A DNA stretch of 64,000 nucleotides from Camelus ferus (taxonomy: Eukaryota). Position 1 is the stretch's first letter; the number at the start of each line of letters is the position of its first letter. The stretch is from NCBI RefSeq assembly GCF_009834535.1, contig NC_045696.1, forward strand, positions 26,414,001 through 26,478,000, read 5' to 3'. Made by a program: the position numbers and the translations under genes. Below the pieces are notes generated by a model. The model saw nothing but the letters and a program-made list of their open reading frames with translations, was not told where the DNA came from and made no database searches. Shown here in pieces: positions 52,001-64,000 of this stretch.

Positions 52001-52850
52001 TGGGAACAATTGATTTCTTCACAAGATTTGAATCCAGTTCAGTGGAGAGTATAGAAAAATGGAGACCAACATTTAAGATATCCAGTAACCAAATGGCAGT
52101 AAAAACATTGCAAGTTGACTTTCTCTGGGTAATAAAACATTAAATGGTGTTCTATGTTACAGTCTAACGCTCTGGGTATTTAAATACATCTTCAATGAGA
52201 TCTGAGTTGTAAGTTTCTATGAGTTTGATAGAACACTTCCAAATTGCTATTCAACAAAGTTATCTGATTGTCTATTGACAACATAATTATAGTACCAATG
52301 AGCTCTAAACTGTGGTTTTTATCTTCTCCACTGGAAAGTAATTGTGTGTCAGTATTAAAGATATGCAGAACCATAACATTCACTAATTTGTTCATCTGTT
52401 TCTGTATGTTGTATTTATAGAATTACATGACAAGAATTGGTATAAAGCAACATGTCTTTCCACATAATCTTAGAGGTGAAGTTACTTTTATTTTGCTTCT
52501 CTATAATACGTATTTCAAATGAAGCACCATACTCTTTTTTTAATGAAGTTCAATTTACTAATTTTTCTTATCTCATTATTTTCAAAAGCATTTATTGTGA
52601 CTTTAAAGTGTTGCAAGATAAGGGATTTTGTGGCCGTGGGTAGACTTTTTTATACTTTGTTTTATAGATGGATTTTTTTTTAACTGTAGTTTGTTTAAGT
52701 CACCGAACAGCGTCCAAAATCTTAATGTGTTTCATTTGATGTTGTTAGATCAGAAAAGACATTGGCATAAAATTGGTTAATAGTATTGTCAAAGAATTGT
52801 GTATTGTGTACTCACTGGGAAAAAAATAAAATATATTCACATTTCAAATT
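49003..52850 (+). other. ROBO2: ROBO2 3' UTR (~3.85 kb)
   Basis: Follows the stop codon; no interspersed repeat recognised; AU-rich; ends after AATAAA at 52825. The end position is inferred. Confidence 0.75.
52825..52830 (+). terminator. Probable distal polyadenylation signal AATAAA
   Basis: Preceded by TGTA elements (gtgtattgtgta) and followed by CA dinucleotides 10-20 nt downstream. Confidence 0.7.
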
Positions 52851-55800
52851 TGTAAAAAAGCCATTTATGTAAAACAGACCTGCTTATAGACAAATCAAAA
52901 ACAGAACATTTTGTCACTTTTAGAAGTCTACGTTAATAGTTTGTGACCAAATGCACAATTTCATTTTCTCATTCAGTTATGAGTTGGGCAGTGATTAATA
53001 GAAATTGGTGTTGACTTATAGTAGTGACTAAGAGTCACTGAAGAAGAATGTTAAAAGCATTTGAAATCATAGGATCTCACTCCATAGGTCACACTACTTT
53101 ACAGATCTGATTTTCCCCACTCGATAAAGACCTTCAGACAGATAGAATACAAACGTCTTGTCTACAAAATTACTTAGTAAATTATTTTTAAGTATAATTT
53201 AGTGTGAGTTGTGGAGGAAAATGGATATTTCTTAATTGCTTTAGAATAATTCATGATAATTTTTTTAAGATGATGGATGTTGGAAAGTTATCTTAGGGAG
53301 TGGATAGAGAAGATAAAAATCTCTATTGTTCTCGATAAATAATACTTCATTCTTTTTCACTAAGTACAATTACAGGATCAGATTCTCTCTAAAATAAAAA
53401 TAATTTTCATGCTCTTTAAATTAATAATCATAGTAACAGGAAAAACAAAAAGAGAGAACTGTTTAACTCTGAAATAATTTGTTTAAAAAATATTTTTAAA
53501 AACACATGGTAAGTGAACAATACATTTCAGAGTTTCATTTAACGTAGATCAACAATAAAAAACAAAACAGGATTAAAATAGTTACAAATAGTGTTGCATT
53601 AATATAATACAATGGTAATACATAATATATATGGTTAAAGACAAAATACATCAGTTACTAGTATGATAAATGGTAGAAGATTTATAAAACAAACATTGCT
53701 TTATCAAGTATGAATATACTGTGGAAGTACAAGCTTATCAGAAAAGTTTATTAAAATAATACACTGTTCTTCCTTAATTATTATACATGAGCTAGAGAAA
53801 AGATATATCAATGTTGCAAGAAAGCATTTAAACAACAAGTAATATTTAATGTCCTCAATTTGAGAAAAGGTATTTTATCTCGTCCAAAGAAGAGAGCAGC
53901 AGAATTCATGCTAAATTTCACTTCACAGCAGAGATGTGAAATAAAACGGCAATAACAGAAAACCAACTCGTTCAAATTGCAAAGAAAAGGCACGTGGAAA
54001 GATGTGCTGGGAGGGGAGGGGACCCCCTCGCCAAAAGGTTTCAAGGACCCTTTCAGCGCCATGAACTGAGCACAGTCTGGGTTTTAGCCTTCACCCTCAG
54101 CAGGAACTTTCTTCAGGCCCAGGGAAGGAATCTGGTACATTAGAGTGTTGCAAAGCTATCAAGAATCCCAGAGACAGATACAAGACACTTGTATGATTGT
54201 GTGTTTAATTCATAAAGAACTATGAAGGTGACTTGCTTTACATCTTCTAGTCAACTCATTTTCTCCTTGCAGCTGTCAAACTACGAGAGATATATATATT
54301 CAGTTAGCTTTGTAATTCATCAAGGAAAGAGACTTTTGTTTTATAATTCAAGTACAATGACCTTGGGCTCTGGTCAACGTCCAATTTGCGGCCCCTGTAA
54401 CTGCCGTTAGAGCTTAGCACCATAGCACCCTTTGCCTATAAAATGCCTTGGTGGACACAGCTAGGTAGTAGACAACATTCTTTGGTTAATTTTTTAAAAA
54501 TGCTTTTCTAGACAATACTTATGAATAATTTATTCCTGACGAACTGGTTTTGTTTTTTTGTGGTGGTTTATTTATTCATTCCTTTTGCAAGCAATCATTG
54601 AGGTATTATGGTAAGAATTAAATATTCAGAATAGTTAAAGTAGAAATAGCATGTGCCTTCATAAATAGGTCATTATTTTCTGTGAAGTCTGGCCCTGATC
54701 TCTAGAAAAATATCTTTTTGATGAATGCTTTGAGCTATGGGAAAAGAGGCACTCAGCAAGGCTTTCCAAAAAGTTCGCAAGCAATAAAATCTGTATTAGC
54801 TTCATTAACTTACCCTTCACCCCATCGCATTATCCAATCCAATGGAATTTTAATAGGTATTTAAAAAGTAAAGAAGAAGAAAAAGGTGATAAATGAGTGA
54901 AAACTCTGTGGTTGAAAGCACAGAGATTTCTTTACTCCTTGACTTCTTTTTGAATCTGTTCAAATTGTATATGACAGAAAACCCTTAGTGCTATATGAAC
55001 CCACATTGACAAACTGTCTCCTCGAAATTGTTCTACCTCGTTCTGTCCTTAGGCTCTACATTAGTGGCCCCGGAGGCATGCATGCCATGCTGAGCTGTCT
55101 TTTTTTAAAGTCAACATTAAGTCATGAGAAAGACACGTGAATCCTGGGTATTCTGTGGAGATGATGGAGGAAAAATATCCAGTAAGAAACTACATGTAGC
55201 CTCCCCATTTTTGATAGAATCTCAAGTACTTAACTAATATCAGTGCTGAGCACTTGAGCAACAGGTAAGATTGCAATATGTTCTTTAGCTTTCCCGTATT
55301 TCTTTTATGTATTGTTAAATCTCCAATCATTAAGCTAAAATGAAAGCATGAAAATACAATCTGCCCCTCCCCTAACTCTCAATTCTTACAAAAGGATAGT
55401 TTATTCATTTTTTTAGAGACTACTGTCTGATTATTACTAGGTCCTACTTCAAATGGAACTTTGCTAAAAACAATAGTGGATCACAGAAATTTCCAGGGAG
55501 GCAACTTATAATTTGTTGGTAAGACAATATAAAACTAAGTCACAGTGGAATGTGTAAAATAGCTAGTTAGTATTGATGAAACTCAGTGTACTCAGAAATG
55601 GATAAATATAAAAGTACAAAAGAGAAATTGAAGATCACCATTACATGAAATTTCACTGACATCAAGCATAAAAGATGATATGTTATAAGGGAAAATAAAG
55701 TGAAATGGGGGAGTAGGACTTTAAATTTACTTGATTAATTTTGAATAATGATAGGTGAATGCCATCAATAGATTAAAATGCTCCAACACAGGTGATTGGA

Positions 55801-56180
55801 GAGTAGTTGCCTATGGGTAATGGTTAGTTTAATAAAAAAAAAAAAGATAAAACAGGCAAATGGAAACAGCCTAGAAAAAAAAAGACGCAAGAGGAAAGTG
55901 GCAGTCAGCTTAAGAAGGGATTAAAACATTTTCAATAAATGTGAAAGCATTTCTTGTGCACATAATTATCCACCAAAGATTAAATCCCTGTCTTCATTAA
56001 TGATGATGCTTATTTTTCCAAGCATTTCCTAGGCATTTAAAGTATACAAGTATACCTGAGACGTATAATATAAACACCCACATACATATGACAATAAAGT
56101 ATAAATTTAAAGAAATATGTGTGTTAAATTTCCAATATCTTCTAACTCCTATTAAAATCACTCGCTTAGTTATTACTATA

Positions 56181-56312
56181 TTTAATTATTTTATTTTGGT
56201 GGGGGGGGAGGTAACTAGGTTCATTTATTTTTAGAGGAGGTACTGGGGATTGAACCCAGGACCTCAAGCATGCTAAACAAGCACTCTACCACTTGAGCTA
56301 TACCCTCCCCCC
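56181..56312 (-). mobile_element. tRNA(Ala)-derived SINE, camelid-type
   Basis: Minus strand GGGGGGAGGGTATAGCTCAAGTGGTAGAG...GGTTCAATCCCCAGTACCTCC (A and B boxes) with A-rich tail; TSD TTAGTTATTACTATA (56166-56180) / TTAGTTACTACAATA (56315-56329). Confidence 0.85.
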
Positions 56313-59300
56313 GATTAGTTACTACAATAAAAGTTAAAATTTATAACAATGATAAGAGCTGTTTTTCTCATTGAATCTCAAGTGGAAAGATATTTTGGAT
56401 GCACTTAATAATATTCCAAATAAAAAGCATTATAATACTTAAAATGTAATATGTAGCTAATAAATGTAGTGGGAGATACACACACATATATACACATACA
56501 CATATACATATGCACACATACATACAAACCTATATACATATACAGATAATTTTCAACTGAGTAGAATCTAAGATATGATGAACACACTCATGGAAAGAGA
56601 AAAGGGGCACCTAATGAAGACTCTGAGGATCCAGGCAGGTATCCCAGACTGAATAATGCTTTACGCAATCTGTTTCTTGTAGACACATTATATGATATTT
56701 ATACACACACTGGTGCACTTATGTTTATATGTAAGGATTTTTATTTTTCTATATGTGCACATACACTCATATATAGGCATTTATATTCATGTTTGTGTAC
56801 ATAAACTCATGTACACATATATATCTATATATATATAAAGGAATGGATACCTTGCTGTTTGCATGACCAAATGTTGTTTTAAAATGAATGAAAAATGTAT
56901 ACATGGCATTGTGCTTGGCACAGTGTAGCGGGGGGCTGGCAATGATAAATAGTATGATCTCATCATAAACTAAGGCATGCACATTACATTAGAGGTGGAA
57001 AGTGGAGCCAGCAGTATCAGACTGTAAAAGTTGCAGAAATCCATTTCAGGAGTCAACAGGTAGGAGAGAGCACGGAAGGCTGGTAAGGTCAGGTGAGACG
57101 TCAGCGAGAAGGGATTGAGTTTGGCCTTAAGTGGGAAGAATGGATAGAAGATAACCTGGAGGAGAGGAAGCCGACACAAAACCGTCCTCAGTCTACAGGA
57201 AACTGCAGTCTCATGAGAGAACCAGCCAGCTGAACCAACTCTTCCAAATGATGGAATCCGTGATATAGCGATAGAGAGGTATGGAAGGTGGCCACTAACT
57301 CAGACTCTAGGGGTCACACCAGGCACCCCAGACTGAATAATGCCCCAGAGAGTCTCCATTCCTCCTAAACAAAGGAATTAAATGAGGGCTTCACGTTCCC
57401 TCTGCAAAAGCGCATGCTGCTTCGTCCATTCTGGGCAGGTAGGAACATCTCACCCTCAGAGGGGATTTGCACTTCTGTAAATGGGAAAATTCAATTCTAT
57501 CTTTAAATTCTATGTACCCAGCTTGCCATGCATGTGATGTTTCCAAATAAAGAATGCTATCTATATAAGCCAAAATCTGCAAACTAAATGAATATCATCA
57601 TTATAACAGAGTGTGAAATATTCGCACTTAGAAAGTGTGGAGTTTCATGTAAACGACAACAGGAAATACCAGACAGAAGTGGAATGAGACCAGTTATGAT
57701 GAACACAATCTGAAGTGGGGCAGGGCAACTCTCTATACATGTGCAATTGAATGCAGCAGAGCAAGACCAGACCCCAGGGCCCGAATAGGAACTTCATTAG
57801 GGACAATTAAAAACAATACACAATGCTGATAAATCTGATACAGTAATCTGCCTGAGGACCGACCACAAAAGAAGCACAAGCAAATAAAGCTATATCCTGG
57901 AAAGAAGAGATGAATGAAAACAAAGATAATGATGCGCAATAAAACTGTGTAGGGAAAACGGTACTGAAAGCAGATCGTGGTCTTCCTGCATTTCCCCCTC
58001 CCATTCTGCCTCCCCCCAGGCTCCTAATGAGTTGTTGATTATCTCTTATTAAAGACCAACAACAGAAAAGCTTAGAAACATGAAAAATAATTAGAGCATA
58101 ACACTAAGTATGGATAATTATGAAATGGCAAAATATTATTAATCATCCATTCCCTGCAAATGTCTCTTCTAAAGTGACTCCATAGTTTAAAATGCCCAAG
58201 AACGTTAATTTTGTCATACCCACACACATTCATAAACACACACATACAAATGGTACACAAAGCCATTTGCTGACAAAATAAAGTTGCTATGAGGTTTAGG
58301 GGCAAATATACAACATACACATGAATGTAAGTTTGCTAGATTAGCTCCCCAGGCATAAACTATACCTGCTCACCACTTTATTTGATAGCGTCCTCTAGTT
58401 ATAGCTTGTCCTCAGGGATTTCAAGTTTTCCATATTTAGTTTAGTGCTGTTAGAAATGATTTTTTTTCCCTCGAAGATGTGTATGTTTATTTTCACAACC
58501 ACTTGAGATTTGAGAGAGGGTTTCTAAAGGAATGTTGTGAATTATTTTTAAAATGTATTAACACTGAAACATCACGTCTTTATGTCCCTTTTCTAGCTGC
58601 CAGTTTCTGACTCAACACTGAACTGAGGGGCTGCCTAAACTGATTTGAATATACTGGCACCCACTGAATTATTTCACCACATTGAGTTGAACGGCAGTGT
58701 GACTTTTCATTCCTTTTGGCTAAATACCCTATCAAAGTCTAAATGTATTGCAAAATAAGCTAGTTTGTAGTGGAAACAGAATAGAGGGTAGCAAAAGTGT
58801 GTTTAGAAGCCACTAGGCACATGGCTTTTGAAAAGTAAGGTTAGGGCTTAAACCCACCTAAGAGGAGTAAAACATTATAACACATCCTTTTACCTATTTA
58901 TGTCAGAATAAATGACATAAAATTCCTCTGAAGAGACAAACATATTTATTCTGCTACAATCTCAAGCAAGAAAAAATTTAGTAGGAGATTTTTTTTTTTA
59001 ATAATGGTAAGTAAGCCAGTAGAACTATCTTCAACTGCAGCATTGCAGAAGTCAGAAGACTGTTTTTCAAACAGATCATTATTTAATATAAACCCTTTAT
59101 AAAAGCTGAGGATTGAAGTCACAGTAAATACTACCTTATCCAAGGCAATTTTATTGGTGGTGGTAAAGTGTAGGCAGTAGGCCAATATTTTTTACCTGGA
59201 GAGGTCAATCCACTTAAGCAACATATACTTAGGGAGCAAACAGAGTCAATGTGTTCCTGGGTGAAGATCCTTGCATCACCCTAAGCTTCTGGCAAATGCC

Positions 59301-60257
59301 CAAGTCTGCATTATAAGGAAGAAATTGTCCTTGTAAAATGATTCCTGTGTGTGCTCTCACAAAAGGACTTACCTCTAAAGAAACTCAGCTCTGCTGTGGT
59401 ACACGTACTTCAATCCATTTAGCCTGCAAGCAGTCACCCAACATACTCTTATGAAACAAGGAATACATCAGGGAAATGCGTACCCACTCATTCACTGAGG
59501 TTCTCCATACACATGTTCATGAATGTGGGATATACACACTGGTTTTGTTTAGTACAATCACTCCTCAGTGGCAATTATCGCAAAAAACTTGGCAACAGAT
59601 TTCAATCTTTTTAATATTTTAATTTTAATTTTCTTGTTTACAGTAATAAGACAACTTACATTTATTTTTTCCTAATTGTTGGTCCACATTGTTAAATTTC
59701 ATATTAAAAACAAGAAGTAAATTAAAAGACAAAGTTATAATTTTCCTTAAATATTTTCAATACAATACCCCCATGTATCAGTTAATGCTTTTGGATGGAA
59801 GAAACAGCATATGACCCAGAGGAAGTCATTTAAAAATAAGATTTAGATATAACTTAACAAGCGGCCAGTGGGTAAATAGTTCCAGAGTAGTTGCAGTGAA
59901 TGAGTTGGCAACAAAATACATGTAATTAGTTGTGGAATAATTTTGCCCAAATCCTACCTGCTCTTTCTAATTAAATTTGTTTGATAGAAAAATGGCATAC
60001 TGTTTCAAAACTTTGTTCAAAATTATTTTTTCATTTAAGGATTTGGTCAAAGGAGACTTATCTGTGATGTTAGTTATTTTTGAAGAAATCATGCTTTATA
60101 CAGATTCTGAAAAAACCCAGTGGAAATAAACATCTTGAGATCTTCTCAGATTTATGTGAATTACCAGACATTTTAGAAACGATGGAGTTTAATAGACCCC
60201 CCGATGGGACAGGCAAGGAATAATAATACTAAAAAAAAAGTGTATAATGTGTATAAT

Positions 60258-61910
60258 CTAGTGGTTCTCAAAGTATCTTTCCAGTACCCTGGGCATCCTC
60301 AAGACACTTTCAGAGAGATTGTGAGTTCAACACTATTTTCATAATAATACTAAGATGTCATTTGTCTTTTTCACTGGGTTGATACTTGCAAAGATAATTG
60401 CAAAAGTGGAGCTGGGTGAAACTGCTACTCCTTCAGCACAAATCAAGTTAGTAGCACCAAACTGTACTAGTAGTCATTGTGTTTTCCACTGTATCCATTG
60501 TATTAGTTTGTGAGGGCTACCGTAACAAATGACACAGACTAGGTGGCTTAAAAAACAGAAACACATTTCCTCAGAGTTCTGGAGACTAGATGTCCAAGAT
60601 CAAAGTGTGGACAGGGTTAGTTCCTTCTGAGGCTTCTCTTCTCGGCTTGTAGATAGCTGACTTCTTCTTGTGTCTTTCCATGGGCTTCCCTCTGTGTTTT
60701 AGTATCTTCTTCATGTAAGAACATTAGTCATATGGATTTAGGGCCCATTCTAATGTGCCCATTTTTACTCAGTTATTTCTTTAAAGACCCTATCTCCAAA
60801 CATAGTCGCATTCTGAACTACTAGGGGTTAAAAATTCAACATCTGAATTTGGAGGGACGGAATTCAGCCCATAACATTTACCATCACACAGTTACAGTAA
60901 ATAGTAAGAATATTTTAGTGAAATAGTTTAAAGAAGTATTAATTTTATTAAATCTGAGTGTATGTCTTTCTAACTTCCGTGTGAAGAAGTGGATGGGAAG
61001 TACTTATAAAACACTTCTGCTCCAGACCAAGGTACAAATGGGAGTTCCCGGAAAAAACACATGTGCGATTGAACTACCCATTTTTAAAAACCGAACACAT
61101 TTCCTTATAATAACGACTAACAGACAAGTAATAGCTGTTCAGATGTAAATACTTGGCAGATTTTTTTAAAAAACAAAGGAAGTGAGCCTGACACTTGAGC
61201 AAAATACGTGAGAGTATTATGAATGATAAAATCTGAGCTCTCAAGCACAAATTAGAATTTTTGAGAACATGTATGTGTCACCATGAACTTGACAACTTTC
61301 TAATTCTTAAAGGTTTTCCTGGTAAAACTAGGCATGATATTGGCATATATGATTTTTGAAATTACCTAACAAAGTGAGCCAACAATTGGAAGATCTGCAC
61401 AACTTGATGAGTCAATATTTTCTAAGTGGCCAACGCATGATGTTTAAAGACAAAGGATCTATTCAAAGTGCATGATGCGCTAATGGATGTTAATGTAACA
61501 GAGTTTTAAACGTTCATTGATACGTTTTCAAATTTCATATTGCAACTGAATTTTGGAAAATTCCACTTGTCACGTTTTATATAGTATTAAAAGAAGAATG
61601 GCCATCATTATGTGGAAAGACTATCAAAATACTCTTTGCTTTTCCAACTGCATATGTGTGTAAGACAGGCTATACTTCAACTAATAAAACATATAGCAAC
61701 AGATTAAACATAGAAGTGTATGTGAAAATCTAACAATCTTCTATCAAGCTAGAAAAAGATACGTAAAGTGGGTACTATAGTTATTTTAAAATATATTAAC
61801 AAATATTTTATTCATCATTTAATTTTCTAATACAGTAAGTATCAATAGTTATAACCTGCATAAACAAAAGTTTTTTTAGTTCTCTAAACTTTTGAGTGTA
61901 AATCAGCTAT
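60258..61910. mobile_element. Charlie1-like hAT DNA transposon remnant with nested MLT1 LTR
   Basis: Starts tagtggttctcaaagt; Charlie1 motifs (actattttcataataatactaag, gtagcaccaaactgtactagtagtcattg). Confidence 0.7.
60499..60876 (-). mobile_element. Solo MaLR LTR (MLT1A/B-like)
   Basis: tgtattagttt...taacaaatgacacagactaggtggctta ... aattcagcccataaca with TG...CA ends. Confidence 0.85.
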
Positions 61911-61911
61911 T

Positions 61912-62095
61912 TCCAGTAAGACCTTCTGCAATAATGAAAATATTCTATACCCGTTGTGTCCAATATGTTGTGTCCAGTATAGACACTTGTAGCTATTGAG
62001 CTCTTGAATTGTGTTACTGTGGTTAGAAACTGAATTTTTTATTTTATTTAATTTCAGTGTAAATAGCACGTGTCCACTCATGTATACGTACTGAG
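61912..62095. mobile_element. MER3/MER33-like hAT MITE
   Basis: ttctgcaataatgaaaatattctata...tgtccaatatg...tagctattgagc...ttttatttaattt. Confidence 0.6.
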
Positions 62096-62158
62096 CCCAG
62101 GAAACAGTTGTTTCCTTTTCATCATGTTTTAGAAAAAGTTGTATGTTACACACAGTCT

Positions 62159-64000
62159 TGATAGGAGTTGAGTTGTGCTCCCCTCCCCAAATTGTGCGTT
62201 GAAGTCCTAACTCCACATGTGACTGTATTTGGAGACAGAGCCTCAGGAGCTAATTAAAGTTAAATGAGGTCATAAGGGTGGGGCCCTAATTCAATACAAC
62301 TGGCAGTCTTATAAAAAGAGTAGGAGAGAGGCATGCCACAGAGGGCAGGCCATGTGGAAAACAGTGTGAAGGAGGCTGTCTGCAAGCCAGCAAGCGTTTC
62401 TCGCCAGAAACCACCCCTGCTGCACCTTGATCTGAGACTTCCAGCCGCCAGGGCTGTGAGAAATAAATTTCTGTTGTTTTGGCCCCCTGCCTATGGTATT
62501 TGTTATGGAAGCCCAATCTGACGAATACAGATTTTGATACCGAGAAGTGGAATGTCGCTGTAACAAATACCTAAAAACGTGGAAGTGCCGTTGGAACTGA
62601 GTAACCAGGAGAATCTGGAAGATTTTGGCATGCTAGACAAAGCCCCAGTTGTGGTGAAGGGACTGTGACAGAAACATGAATGTTAAAGGTCATTTTGATG
62701 AGAGCTCAGAAAGAGAGGAGAGCTGGAGAGAAAGCTTCCATCATCTTAGAAAACCCATGAAGAATCACGAACAGAGTATCAGTGGAAATATGGCTGTTGA
62801 AGACCATTCTGGTGAGATCCCGGATGGAAAGGTGGAACACGTTCTCAGAAACTTGAGGGAAGGCAATCCTTGTTATAAAATGGCAAAGAAAATGGCTGAA
62901 TTGTGTGCAAGTTCAAGTGTTTTGTGGAAAGTAGAACTTGCAAGCAATGACCTTGGATATGCAGCTGAGGAGATTTCTAAGCAAAGTGTTGACGGAGCAG
63001 CTCGGTTCATCCAGACTGGTTATAGTAAAATGTGAGAGGCGAGAGATGGGTTACAGAAGGAATTATTCAGTAACAAGGAACCAGAATTTGAAGATTTGGA
63101 AAGTTCTCAGCCTATCTATATTACCAAAAGTGAGAAGGCCTGTTCTGGAGAGAACATTAAGGGTGTATCTGAACAACCATTTGATGAAGAGGTTAGTATG
63201 AGAGCAAAGCATGATTTTATCAGCCACCTCAGTAGAGGGCAGGGATAGAGACGCGACACCAGACCAGGTGAAGAAATGTGAACATGTGTTAACCGAAAAG
63301 GGAAGAATGACCCCTAAAGTCAACTCAGAGATCTTGAGGGATGCCACTCTCGCCACAGGCGTGGGGTGCAAGGCTGCCTTCTCCTCGCAGTGGAAGGAGC
63401 CAACACAGACAACTGCATGAGGGGCCTCCACAGTGAGTCATGTGGGTGCGGTCACCCCATAGAGCCAACGGGTGGGCTGCCCTGTAGAGCCACGAGGTGA
63501 TGCTGCCACCCCATTGTGCCTGGAGGGGAGAGCATCAAAGCAAAGGGGATTATTTTTGAGCCTTAAGATCTAATGAAATTTGCCCTGCTAGCTTTTGGAG
63601 TAGCGTGAGGCCTGTCACCCTTTCTTTTTCCAATTTCTCCCTTTGGGAACAGGGATGTCCATCCTAGGCCTGTCCCGCCATTTTACTCTAGAAGTACATG
63701 ACTTGTCTGGTTTCACAGGTTCATGGCTGGAGAGGAATGCTGGCTCAGGATGAAGGGTACATTTAGTCCCACCCATATCTGATTTTGATGATATTTAGAT
63801 GAGACTTTGAACTTTACACTTTATGCTGCAATGAATTAAGTCTTTGGGGAATGTTGGGTGTAATGCATGTATTTTACTTTTGAGAAAGACATGAATTTTA
63901 AGCTAGGGACAGAATTCTCACCCAAAACTGCAGTGCTGAAGCCCTCACCCTCTGTGTGACTGTATTTGAAGACAGGGTCTTCAGGAGGTAACTAAGGTTA
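62159..64000 (+). mobile_element. MaLR element: MLT1 5' LTR (62159-62529), internal region (62530-~63910) and start of a second LTR
   Basis: LTR ends gaataca, followed by gattttgataccgagaagtgg (MLT1-int start). The second LTR repeats tgaag.cct.ac...tgtgactgtattt g.agacag. Confidence 0.85.

Noticed and set aside
56235..56312. Possible tRNA-Ala gene
   Set aside because: It has stem mismatches, a SINE tail and a TSD, so it is a retroposon rather than a tRNA gene.
1..64000. CRISPR arrays, operons, prokaryotic defence or phage systems
   Set aside because: The sequence is clearly a spliced mammalian gene with LINE/SINE/LTR repeats; no repeat-spacer array or long ORFs are present.

Overview
This is mammalian genomic DNA (AT-rich, with interspersed repeats) holding the 3' end of ROBO2 (roundabout guidance receptor 2) on the + strand. 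It covers the exons for the cytoplasmic tail after the transmembrane exon (3388 to ~49002), a ~3.85 kb 3' UTR ending near the AATAAA at 52825, and ~11 kb of downstream repeat-rich sequence. I traced the exons by hand with GT/AG boundaries and phase checks. Nine exons reproduce the ROBO2 tail as I recall it from human. Three extra phase-1/phase-1 cassette exons (126, 183 and 273 nt) can be added or skipped without a frameshift, and two tandem donors give alternative C-termini (-FTE* and -FTGEL*). The best novel candidate is an apparently extra 84-nt in-frame exon at 18436-18519, deep in the CC2-downstream intron. A possible poison exon lies at 29719-29803. A tRNA-Ala-like SINE and the L1 3' end suggest a cetartiodactyl, probably a camelid (inference). 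No prokaryotic systems, CRISPR arrays or RNA genes were seen. Repeat family names are from pattern recognition, not from a RepeatMasker run.
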